A DNA stretch of 64,000 bases from Kudoa neothunni. Lineage: Eukaryota; Animalia; Cnidaria. The stretch is from NCBI GenBank assembly GCA_964304625.1, contig OZ199838.1:8949537-9013536 (forward strand), given 5' to 3'. Made by a program: the position numbers and the translations under genes. The stretch's first letter is position 1; each line of letters opens with the position of its first letter. The notes under the pieces were generated by a model. That model saw only the letters and a list, made by a program, of their open reading frames with translations. It was not told the DNA's origin and did not search any database. This document shows, one piece after another, positions 25,435-36,320 of this stretch.

Positions 25435-27719
25435 TCTAAGATATCTCCAGCAAACCTTAGAAAGATTTTTGTATCAACGATAATATTTAAATTTATTTAT
25501 TATATCGAAATGTTAATGCTATAATATAATTATTTATTCTTGGGTCAAACATGACCCCACACACATTTAAAGGTGAATTTAGGTCAAAACATGAATAAAA
25601 CCGCAATGGATTAAAATATAAGAACAACACTTTGTAATAATAAGTAACATATGTAGAAATGGATTTGCAATAATAAATTATATTTTTTAATGCTCTTCAA
25701 TATAGCTATTAAGAAGTGAACTATTCTCTGGGGTCACTTTCGAACCCAAACTCAGTATGAATGTTAAATGCTTACTCTTTGACTTCAGTTGTACTTCATG
25801 GATTCCTTCGTTAGATAGAAACTTCGTCTTATAAATTATAATGCCGTGATTGGATTTAAGGCTTGCCAATCGATTTTAGATAGTCCAGCCGTATGTTCAT
25901 ATTATTGATTTATCCTCCACATTTTCCAGGATGATTGTCACCGAAATATGTGGGATTTAGCAGCTTCGATATCTTTATAAAAAAGTTCCAGTCTCTATCG
26001 ATACCACCTATTATCGAACATTGTTGGGTTTTTAATATCCAGTCAACAGTTTAAGATATTTTACAGTTGGCAGTCTCATCAATATGCATTATTTTTCTGT
26101 TACCTTTAATTTTCGAATAACCATCGCAAACTGCCCAGCGTTGCTTGGGAAAGATTTCGCCTGAGGACGTTCTATTATGATAGCGCTCAAAAAATATTTT
26201 GAAATTTCGAATTAACCCATAGAAATAAAATAACAAAGAAGTTTTCAGCAACATACTTTAACGATTTGGATTATGAAATTAAAATTATGATCATTTCTTT
26301 GAAGGAGTGTTCCAATCCCGGCGTTCATTTAAAAATTTCGTGGCTCGGCACCAACGCTAAAAAAATTAGGGTTAGCATCATATTTTGTTCGTTCCTGAAT
26401 TATTTAAATCCCGTTAAAGTGTAATCTAAAACGTTGTTTTTCGGCCAGAGGGATTTATGAAAGTCAAATTCTGGCCCAGTTCGGAAACTGTGCGCACCGC
26501 TAAGTTTTTAAGAGAAAAAAATAGTAAAAGTAATAGAGATAGAAGAAAACGTATGAAAATTAATTGATATTGCTAAAATTAGCATCGCTTGGCCCGGCAT
26601 AAACATTAGTGCACTTTTCTCAAACAAATAACAAAAATCGCTTCGATATCAACATAAATATTTCATATAATTAGATGAAATAAGAGTACCACTATCTGCA
26701 TTGAATTTAATCACTGGAAGTTCAACATTGCGGGCGATTTCAACTAAATTTACGGCCACAATGCTTGGATTTTAAAGGTTCAATCTACCTGATTGTAGAA
26801 TTCCTCACCAAATCGCTATTAATGATGCAAACATAGACTTATTCTCATATTTTAAACCATTAATAGAACTTTTAGAATATACTTATCAAGTCACATACGT
26901 TAAAACTCTCTACCGAAGAAGTGAATCCGTGCAAAACCCCAAATATACACACCAAAATTACATAAAAAGTCAGATAGCAGAAGTTAATCAGAATTTGATG
27001 AAGTGTATAAGGAGGAAAGTTAACTTCATCCAACCATCAGCAGGTGTTAATCCTATTGTTGAATTCAAGTAATCCGTTTAACAAACTTTGAATCGACAAA
27101 ATCACCATTTTTTAAACACTTATAGGAACATTTGGTAACGTGAAAACTATTGAATGATTTTTTGAAACATTGTGATTTTTAAAAAATTTCATAAATGTCT
27201 CTCTATAAGGAAAAAAATTTCGACGCACATGTACACTTCAGCTTTGTATATACAGTAGATAGATAAGATAGCCTCATTTTGGAGTAAAAAATGTGTTTCA
27301 CTCCACTTTTTAATAATTGAAAACAATTAAAATAACTAAATTAAATTATTTCAGTCCCTCTGAGGAATATCTGTAACATATTAAACGTACTTTTAGACTA
27401 CACAAAGATGTATATTTTCTGCAGCAATAAGATGTATTTACATTCCAAAAAGGAGTTGTTAATGTGAGATCAAACAATGTTATAAATATTAAATGGGATG
27501 TTTGTTATATGACACTTATGTACGATTTAGAACATTATCATCAGGGAGACAACAACAATAAACTCTTATAATAATGAATCATTTACTTTGAAAGATGGTT
27601 TATGAATAAGTACGAAATTATTTAATCGAAAAGAAAATAAGTCCATACATATGAGTTTAGCACGCCCGATTTAAAATAAGTTGGATTACTGTTCGCAGGA
27701 AAAGACTATCTATAACGTA

Positions 27720-27850
27720 AGTATTAATCCCAGAAACTTTACTTACAAGCCAAATACAAATTTAATTTGTTAGAATCTGCATAATATTAATTATTGCTGG
27801 CTTACCAATTCCCCCATAAGGGCCAAAAATAATTAAATATAATCAAAACG
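27720..27850 (-). repeat. Copy 2 (reverse orientation) of the hairpin repeat, just upstream of ASRGL1
   Basis: The reverse complement AATAATTAATATTATGCAGATTCTAACAAATTAAATTTG...GGGATTAATA matches copy 1 at 2100-2175. Confidence 0.6.
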
Positions 27851-27964
27851 AATGAAACCTGAATATTATATAACATACAAATAGCGACTTTCGTGTTTAT
27901 ATTCTTATATTTTGAAGATTAGGGCTGCACGTTTCGTTAATTCACTTTTAGGGTTTAGTGTGTG

Positions 27965-30900
27965 ATGACCAATCAGGTACGTTGAGTGATTTTTCAGCAG
28001 ACTGACCAGGTTTAGATAACAATAATAGCACATGGGGGAGCCGCTAAATACTCTGAAGAAGAGAAAAGTGTATGTGTGAAAGGTGTAGAAGAAGCCATTA
28101 CTGCTGGATACGCTGTTCTTAAAAATGTAATCTCATTTTAGTCATTTCAAATCTATTTCTTATAGGGAGGCTTGGCCATAGATGCTGTTAAAGAAACTGT
28201 AATTTCCCTTGAGAATAACCCACTTTTTAATGCTGGTTATGGGTCGTGTTTGAACGAAATGGGCAAGGTCGAAATGGATTCAATGATAATGAATGGTAGC
28301 ACGTATGAATATGGTAATTAATTTGTTATCTCTTTGATTCTAAATTTAATATGTTAGTTTATCAATTTTTAACAAATAACCTTTATTATATTATCTGGTA
28401 TTAACAAGGTATCCAAGGCTTAAACAATAATTCTGAGGTCGCCGTAGATAATTTTTTACTTAATCCTTGTTGGGTTTCTAAGATAAACGAAAAGACTGAA
28501 AAATGTTTAAATAATCCAGATTCTAAAAAATATTGTTTGTTCTTAATACATCAAAGTCCATTCGGATAAAAAACATGCCCACCCAATCGTACATGCTATT
28601 CGGGATTAATTTGGGTTATACTAATACTCATATCTATCCACTAATCTATGTCGACTAATAATAAGATTGTGTAATACATTCGAAATACTTTGACCGAATG
28701 GTGCAATTTTACATTGATTATTCCATAAACTATTCAATCATGTAATAATGGGAAGATCTACTAGCATATGTTTTCATCTGTTCGGTTTAAAGTCATCTTT
28801 TAATTCTAGAAGAACGAAAAGAAGTCTTTTGAAATGTTGTCCCTTAAATTATTGATTTATTTGCAATTCGAGAAAGTAGTTTAATTTATTCTACATTTAA
28901 TATAACAAATTATTTATAGAGATCGTTTATTTTACACTGCTTTAGTCATCTGATATCGTCTTTAATCAATTTATCGTTTTAAATTCACGAATTTTATTTG
29001 TAATTTATCAAAGAAATTTTAGCGATTAGAGCGATGAATTTTTTTATTTTATTATGAAATATTACTTAATTAAAACCAAACTTAAAGAAAAAATTAGATA
29101 AATTTATTATACATTTTTATTAAGTTTCTTACGAATTGTGAAATACAAATCAAATAATATATATAATTTATAATTAACAATGGGACTCATTTTATAAAAT
29201 ATTTTAAAAGTGCCTTCTACGACTAATATTTTTTATAAATTCTTATGCGAGGAATTTAATTCCATTTATGTTCTAGAGGATAAATTTTGGGGAGCTATGT
29301 TAAGATTATTTTAACATTATATATAACCTTTCTTTTTTATCACTTTCATAAAATTATTATTAAGAAATTATTGACACGAATCGCAATAATCCAGGTGAGT
29401 GCAATTTTGGCTGTATTTATTTATTCATTCATGTTTGACCTTTAAGGGCGGTGGCGATTGGTCCAAAATAATTAAATACAGCAAATTATAAAAAACTTGA
29501 TACATTAAGTATATTGAGACTTGTTGGGGATTAAAATGTGCAATACGCAAGCGTAGTTGTCATTTAGGATTAAAAACATCCGTGTTAATAACCAGTACCA
29601 AATTATTAACGGACTTATTTATACAGTAGATGACGGGTCGTTCGTAATCCCATTGGGACGTCAAAAAAGTTACGAACCTCACGTGCAATACGCGTGTTTC
29701 GTAAATTTTGGAGGATGCGCGCGCTTCGTTGTTTCAAATCACACAGGGTGGATGGAGTTGATAATTAATAAAATTTATTTGTTGTAGAAATATTCCGTGT
29801 TTTTATAATTATTTAATGTATTTCGTCTTCAATATCCTTAAGTATATTCGTATTTTTTCGAACCATGTTCGATAAGGTATTGCTTAAGTTTGTCAAAATA
29901 AAAGGGGGCAGTTTTAGAAGTTTATTTTGTTATATCTGAAATAATAAATATCCTCTTTGATTTCGGTTTCTGTGGCATCGCCTGGATACTCATTAATTTT
30001 ATGATATTTTCATGTTAATCGGAAAAATTGGTATTTCCGATAGCCACGACGTTCGATATTATTTAATCATTGTTCATTTCAATTATCTTATTAAAAAACT
30101 TGTATTCTCAATTTTAGTCGTCGTTTTTATCTAAATTATCAGTAATAATAGAAATATTGTTTGCGATTAAATTTCGCCATAACAAAACAATTAAAAATAG
30201 TTGATTTAGTCATCGAATCCCAAGAATTTGCAATCAAAAAATTTTATTCAAAATATTAGGAGATAAAGGTTCCATCGAAGCTTTAGTGGAAGAAATGTGG
30301 AGTTTTATCGTATATACTTTATAGTGGAATTTAAACGAGTATATTATCCTCTCATCTGTGTCGAAAAGCACTCGTAGTATTTTTGGGAAGAAAAATTAAT
30401 TGAGTATTTGAATACTCCAATTTTACATGACAACTTGCTTTGTCTAAAAACAAAAAATCATTTCTTTATTGATTTTTAAGTGTGCCGTATTTTCTTAGAC
30501 AAAACTGCGCTTAAATGCGAAAATTATATCCTTTTTATTTAAAACAAAACAATGTGGGTAGGGATGATGCATTAAAAAGTTTTGTAGTTCATGATTTTAC
30601 CTCCGCTTTGACTGACTATCAAAATAACTGATTATTGTTTATTTTTCAGAAATAGATCCAACATCGTTTTGTATTTTTATCTTCAATCAATAGTTTATAC
30701 AAACAAATCTAGACGTTGTTTACGAGAAGAGTTACGAGCCACACGTCAGTCTATAAAATAAGGGAAACATACCAAAATTTATTTACTAGGCAGCTGATAT
30801 TTTTCCACTTAATGTGTTTACTCTAATGTGTATTTTGAGTTAAAATTTAATAATTCATTTTCTTTATAATTTCTAATTTTTACATATTTTTGAAAGTTAC

Positions 30901-33376
30901 GAACCACCTATCATAGACTGTGTTACATTAACCTTGTAGGAAGTTAGTTGTTTGTTATTTCTGTGTTTATGAGTATGCGTTTAATAAGTATCGTTAATAT
31001 TTCATTTTTTTAAATTTTTGTTCGATATATTTACAGATGATATTATTATTGTTTAATAGGATTGATTATATTTTTGAGTTTTTGTAGAGCAATGTTTCCC
31101 AACGTGGGACGTGAACAATTTTTTGTGGAGTATAGAAATTTTTAAACGTTTAATGAATCGCTCTAGTGGGACGCGGAAAACCCTGAGTATTGGCGTATTG
31201 GTGTGGCACGGATAATGATGATATAATTGGGCAGTATGACGTATTTTGAAATTACCATCACGATTTTCGATATCGATAATTTTGGAGTGGCGATTAACAT
31301 CACAAAAAATTTTGAGAAATATTCGGCACGGAACTTTTTTTTTCTGGAAAAAGTGGGACGGGATACAAAAAAGATTGAGAAACACTGATGTAGAGATATC
31401 CAAAAATGCTAATTTTATCGTATTCTCATAATTTATTTGATATTTACATTAATATCGTTATCTTTTCATACTTAAATTAACAATTTGTTATTTGAATTTA
31501 AATTTTCATAATAATTTATTTTATAATTGTATATTTAGTCTATAATTTAATTTTCCGAAGCATTGTTTTTTAATTTATATGTATCTGGTTATTAAATAAA
31601 CATTAAATTTTCTTTTTAGATATTTAAAAGGTTTATTGAGTCTGGACTTAAGAGTGTTTTTCTTTTTCTCAATATTATTGTTTTGGAATACACATTGGAT
31701 TCAATGGGATTATTTTCAAATCTGAGTCAGTACATCTCATCTCTTAGTATAAATTTAAATAATGGCTACTTTTTTTATACAAGGCTCCAAGAATAATTGA
31801 TATCAAGTTCGAGACTTGCTGATGTTTAGTGGCGTAGAGTTAGAATATCGTCATTTGTATGTTTGGATAATTTATACTTATTTTACTTATAATTTTCATT
31901 ATATTCAAATGAAAATACATTTGTTTAATAAAAATTTATTCCGACACGTAAATTTGAGATTTGAAGAGTTGAGTTAAATTTTTATATTCCGTAATCACAT
32001 GGGGATATTTTACTGACTGAACATCGACCTACCTAAAAAATTTCTATTTGATAAAATTAATGTATTTTAGAGTGTATCTTCATTATTGCAGCTATAAAAA
32101 ATCACTTAATGATGATATTTAAAATCTTGATTTTCTCCAAATTTGGTTAGATTTGCTGTAAAAAGCGTTCCATAAATTATATGTATGCAGATTATTAAAA
32201 TGATTAGAAAATATTTTTAGGCAACTTAATTTGTTAAAATCTCAAATTTTGTTATTCCCGCATCTTTCAAGACTTGGGAAAGTAGATTAAGCATGTAAAT
32301 CCAAGATTATAAAACACTTAATTGAAGATTTTATTAAAAGGGATTATTTATTATATGATTAACATTACAAATTTCAAATAGAGTCAATATATTCCAGCCT
32401 TCTTTATTTTATTTTTTTGAATTTCCTGACTGTGATATTATTTGTTTTTAATTTCTATTTAACAAAACAAATTCTAACTACCAATTGATAATTTTTATTT
32501 TCAACCTTATTTGATGTACCCTAGTTTTCAAAAGTTGCAGTAATATAAACATATTAATTTTTAATAAAGACAATTTTTGACCGAAACTAATTTCGTATTT
32601 TTCAGGAGCTGTCGTTAGTGTCGACTGTGTGAAAAATCCTGTAGAACTGGCATACAAGGTGATGAAAGAAACTCCACATTGTATCTTGGCTGGCGAGGGA
32701 GCAAGAAAATTTGCTAAAACCACTGACATTCCAGTGTGTGAGAATTCCCATGATCTTGTTTCAAAATCGCAATTGGAAGTTTTCCACAAAACACCATCTT
32801 TCAAGGAATGGATAAAGAGTGATATGGCAAGCGCTTCAGGTGTTCTTCGTAGCGATGGTGAACATGACACTGTCGGAGCTGTTGCATTGGATTCGTATGG
32901 AAATTTTGCTTGTGCTACGTCAACAGGTAAATATATTCATCCCAATAGTTATAGCAACCCTAGTATTGTAGGTGGCATCAATGGAAAAATGTTGGGAAGA
33001 ATCGGAGATTCTGCAATTATTGGATCTGGTGGATATGCCAATGAATTCGGTGCGGCGGCAGCCACAGGACACGGAGAATCTTTTCTCAAAGTTCTTGCTT
33101 GTTATTCGGTAGTCTTCTTGCTTTACGTTTAAATCTCTTATTTTATTTGAGCAGGCTGTTGAAAAAATCGAAAATGGCGAAAGTCCATGCGCTGCTGCAT
33201 CCACCGTCCTAAAAAAAATAAGTCACGTTCTAAAGAGTAAAGGTGGCATTATTTCGGTCAACAAAGATGGAGATATTGGTTATGCGTACACTACCGAATT
33301 CATGCCGTGGGCAGCATATGATAAAAATGGCCATCTTCGGAACTCTCTGAAAGATAAAAATAACCTTGAGAATTAA
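27965..33376 (+). CDS. ASRGL1: Isoaspartyl peptidase/L-asparaginase (Ntn hydrolase), 6 exons: 27965-27976, 28016-28126, 28166-28313, 32606-32926, 32972-33108, 33155-33376
   Basis: All introns are GT-AG and preserve the frame. Motifs IAHGGA, LENNPLFNAGYGS, VEMDS.IM, HD|TVGAVALD (autocleavage Thr nucleophile), ATSTGG, GRIGDS, TGHGE, MPWA. Confidence 0.93.
29362..29600 (+). repeat. Copy 3 of the hairpin repeat (in ASRGL1 intron 3)
   Basis: TTGACAC..CCAGGTGAGTG..GCTGTATTTA-[GACCTTTAAGGGCGGTGGCGATTGGTCC]-AATAATTAAATACAGC..GGATTAAAA twice. Confidence 0.75.
29624..30920. mobile_element. pogo/Tigger-type element, family copy B (in ASRGL1 intron 3)
   Basis: TA|CAGTAGATGACGGGTCGTTCGTAATCCC ... GTTACGAACCACCTATCATAGACTG|TG. 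Subterminal sequence is shared with the 34868-35107 copy. Confidence 0.85.
31090..31387 (+). mobile_element. hAT MITE (298 bp), same family as 22890-23576
   Basis: TTGTAGAG|CAATGTTTCCCAA...TTGAGAAACACTG|ATGTAGAG; TSD matches 7 of 8. Confidence 0.88.
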
Positions 33377-33747
33377 CTAATACAAATCTAATCTCAATTC
33401 TAAATTTTTAATTTTTCATGTTTATTTCTATTTATCTCTGTGCCCAACACTCCCCACATTTGGAAATTGAAATTTTAAGAATCCAAATCGGAAAGGTCCA
33501 ACTCTAGTATGACATGTTATGGAATGATGAAAATAAGATCATCGCATCATACGCTGAGTTTCTGTTGTTAGAACATAAATTTCTTTTGTCATCTAAAAGA
33601 ATACACTTCAGTTATTAATTAAAATTACGATTTCTATTAAGCCCGAGTAAAGTGTGGTTGTATACGGAGGAACGATGATATCATTCACTAAATGATTTCT
33701 ATTTTAAGGAAATACATAATAGGGGCTTAATACCATGTATATAATTT

Positions 33748-33985
33748 AGGAAGTGACTATTGACACAGATCATAATTTCCAGGTAGGTGTAGTTTTCACT
33801 GTATTTAATTGTTTTTGGTTCATCGCTACCGCTCCTAGGTGCCAAAAACAATTAAATTTAGCAGATTCTAAAAAATAAAATTTATAGATCAACTATAAAT
33901 AGGAGTAGCCAGGATTAAGAATCGACGCTGTGCAAGCCGAGTCACCAGTTTGGATTAAAAACTTCCATGTCAATAGCCAGTGCCT
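33748..33985 (+). repeat. Copy 4 of the hairpin repeat, with the central loop inverted
   Basis: Flanks are collinear with copy 3. Perfect 16 bp arms ATTTAATTGTTTTTGG/CCAAAAACAATTAAAT. The loop contains ATCGCTACCGC, the reverse complement of copy 3 GCGGTGGCGAT at 10 of 11 positions. Confidence 0.75.
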
Positions 33986-34867
33986 ATAATTTAAAGAATT
34001 CTTTAATTTCTAGGTACTAAATCGGTAAAATTATAGATAAACTGAGTGAGTGAATATAAAATAATCGAGCTGTTTTTCCAATTTTTCAGTATATATTGAT
34101 AGACACAGAAGTAAAAAGTATTTAAAGCATAAATACAACACCAAAATATTAGATGAAGCTTTACGTCAGTTTTTTCAGTAATACAACATTTTTGTGGCCT
34201 TAAATTAATTGAACAGAGCTCATAATATGTTTAAAATTATCCTTACAATTAAAAAGGCTATTGTGTAAGTAACATGAGGGAATATAGTAAACAAAGAATA
34301 TTTCACTTTAGAAAAGTATACTATTAAGACTCCTTGTCTTTATGTAATTCCATGAGTCGAAACGCATACAGAGTACGTTTTTATTGATAGCGCCAATAGC
34401 TTCTAATTAGGTTTTCTATTCCTGGCGCGTTTGTTAATGCTCGTTAACTTATCTGCTGATTTAGGTTGGATTGTAATTATTAGGACAACCTATTAACGAT
34501 AATTGGTGATCACATTAAAGCGGTATGAAACCCAATAATGACTGGCGTGTTTTTTAACTCAACAAAGTGTCAGGTTTTATAATACTTATCGATTAACAAA
34601 GAGAAAAAAATAGCGTAATTAATTAAAAGATTGCATAGTTTAAGGTTTTAATCTTGTTGTGAAAGATAATGAAGATTTTCCACCTTTTTAGTTAAATTGT
34701 TTCATTAAATTAAGCGCATAAGTAATCTGCTTCGCTATAAAATTTTTTATTTAACTTTTCGTAAGTAGATAACTGTTAGTTGTATTACTCAGTGAACAAG
34801 AAACATTTTGAGTTATAGATATCCAAAATTTTACTTAAAATAGGAGCTCCGAACCTAAATACATATG

Positions 34868-35107
34868 CAGTAGATGACGGGTGGTTCGTAATCCCATTGA
34901 GATCTCGAAAGAGTTATGAACCCCACACACCTCAGTCAACATAAATAAGATAAAATCACAAAAATTGAATAATTAGAAAGCTCCTATTTCTTCCAATTAA
35001 TTTACTTACTCTAATGTGTGTTTGAGCTAGCATTTAATAATTCAATCCCTTTATAACTTCTAATTTTTACATCTTTTCGAAAGTTACGAACCACCCGTCA
35101 TCGACTG
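34868..35107. mobile_element. pogo/Tigger-type MITE, family copy C (240 bp)
   Basis: 24 bp TIRs CAGTAGATGACGGGTGGTTCGTAA / TTACGAACCACCCGTCATCGACTG (23 of 24 match); TG/TA flanks. Confidence 0.9.
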
Positions 35108-35169
35108 TATATGTATCCGTCTTTTGTAGAAATTTTAAAATTTAAACGGATAGCTTTTTATAAAGAACA

Positions 35170-36320
35170 ATGATGACTGATACACCCATGGATAAAATCT
35201 CGTATCATCGCGATCACATTCATTTCTCATCCAATCTACCCATACCTCGTCTGATGGTGGCTGAAATCGATATTACAACTGCTTCAACAAGGGAAGACTT
35301 TAACAAGGCTCAAAAATCACAAGAAAAAATTGTCAAAACAAACCAACTTCACCCAGTAAAGGATTACAATATCTCAAAAATATTATGGGGTAGGAGTTCA
35401 CAACTAGCATCAATTAAACTTGAAACAACAAATACTCAGCCTACCGACACCTCTTTAGGAAAGTCAAAAGTAGTAGCTACGTCAAATAAAGGCATACAGA
35501 ATAGAAAAACGACTATAGCGTCTCACAAAAGAATGATGGCCAATGAAAATAATCATTTTAAAGACAACCAGGATAACTTTTCCGATGAATATCAAAGCGG
35601 GAAAACCAGTATCAACCGGTATGCATCTTCTATAAACGGTTTCCATATTAACAATATTGCAATCTAACTCATGCTAAACAACTTTAACAACTCGATGAAA
35701 GATATACCTTCCAAACAAAAGAAATTCTCACTAACGATAAAGGACCGAAATATTCAAATAAAGAAAGTTCCAATAAAAGGAATCTACTCATAATAAGAAT
35801 TTCCCCACCAAAACTTAACAGTCTGTACTACAAAATAAAGAAGAGATTGGTAGTACTAATAAATTTCATCAATCAGACTATATTTTATTCACACGTGAGG
35901 TTAATTTAAATAAATCTCAACAAGAGGAAAAATGGAAGGAAGAAGAACAGATAATAACTCTTTTCACAAACAGATTACCAGAAACGCATTAAACGATGTC
36001 TTAGTTCGCCTCTTCGGTACATAACCTGTATCAATCTCTATTACTTTAAAATTTATCATTATACTTTGATCAATAAAATTATAATTCATAGAGGTATGAA
36101 TCTCCTTTAATGAGGTGTGTAGGTGATGATAGCCCAGAAGCTAATTGCGTTTGTGACTTTATCAAATCACCAAGAAACAATTAATGCTTTTGAGAATATC
36201 AGAGAAATGTTTAGAAAAAACGATCGGTTTATTAATTTCAACTTTGGGGTGGTTAGATCAAACATCTCTGGGCATGGAGGTCGGAATAGTAAAATAGCCC
36301 TTATCAGTAATAATCAATGA
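35170..36320 (+). pseudogene. Decayed gene with a low-complexity N-terminus and an RBPMS/couch-potato-like RRM
   Basis: Fragments in shifting frames, EEQIITLFTNRLP / LVRLF / YESPLMR / KLIAFVTLSNHQETINAFENIREMF..RSN, follow the RBPMS RRM order (RTLFVSGLP..LF..GYEGSL..VGFVSF..A..A..L.G..F..AKAN). A GT-AG intron lies at 36017-36091. Stops and frameshifts are present. Confidence 0.4.

Larger units (their letters stand above)
22015..25575. mobile_element. piggyBac-like non-autonomous element hosting nested insertions
   Basis: Left CACCCTTAAATGAGTTTGGGGTCACTTTTGAC matches the right end read in reverse complement, CACCTTTAAATGTGTGTGGGGTCATGTTTGAC. The TTAA TSDs are degenerate. Confidence 0.6.

Noticed and set aside
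25680-26260. Possible MULE C-terminal remnant on the minus strand (PNNV.., RLDYLKSIG)
   Set aside because: Short, weak similarity across stops and frameshifts; no termini found.
32478-33204. Antisense ORFs over ASRGL1 (and similar ones over the SLC25 and Kunitz genes)
   Set aside because: Shadow ORFs of real coding exons.
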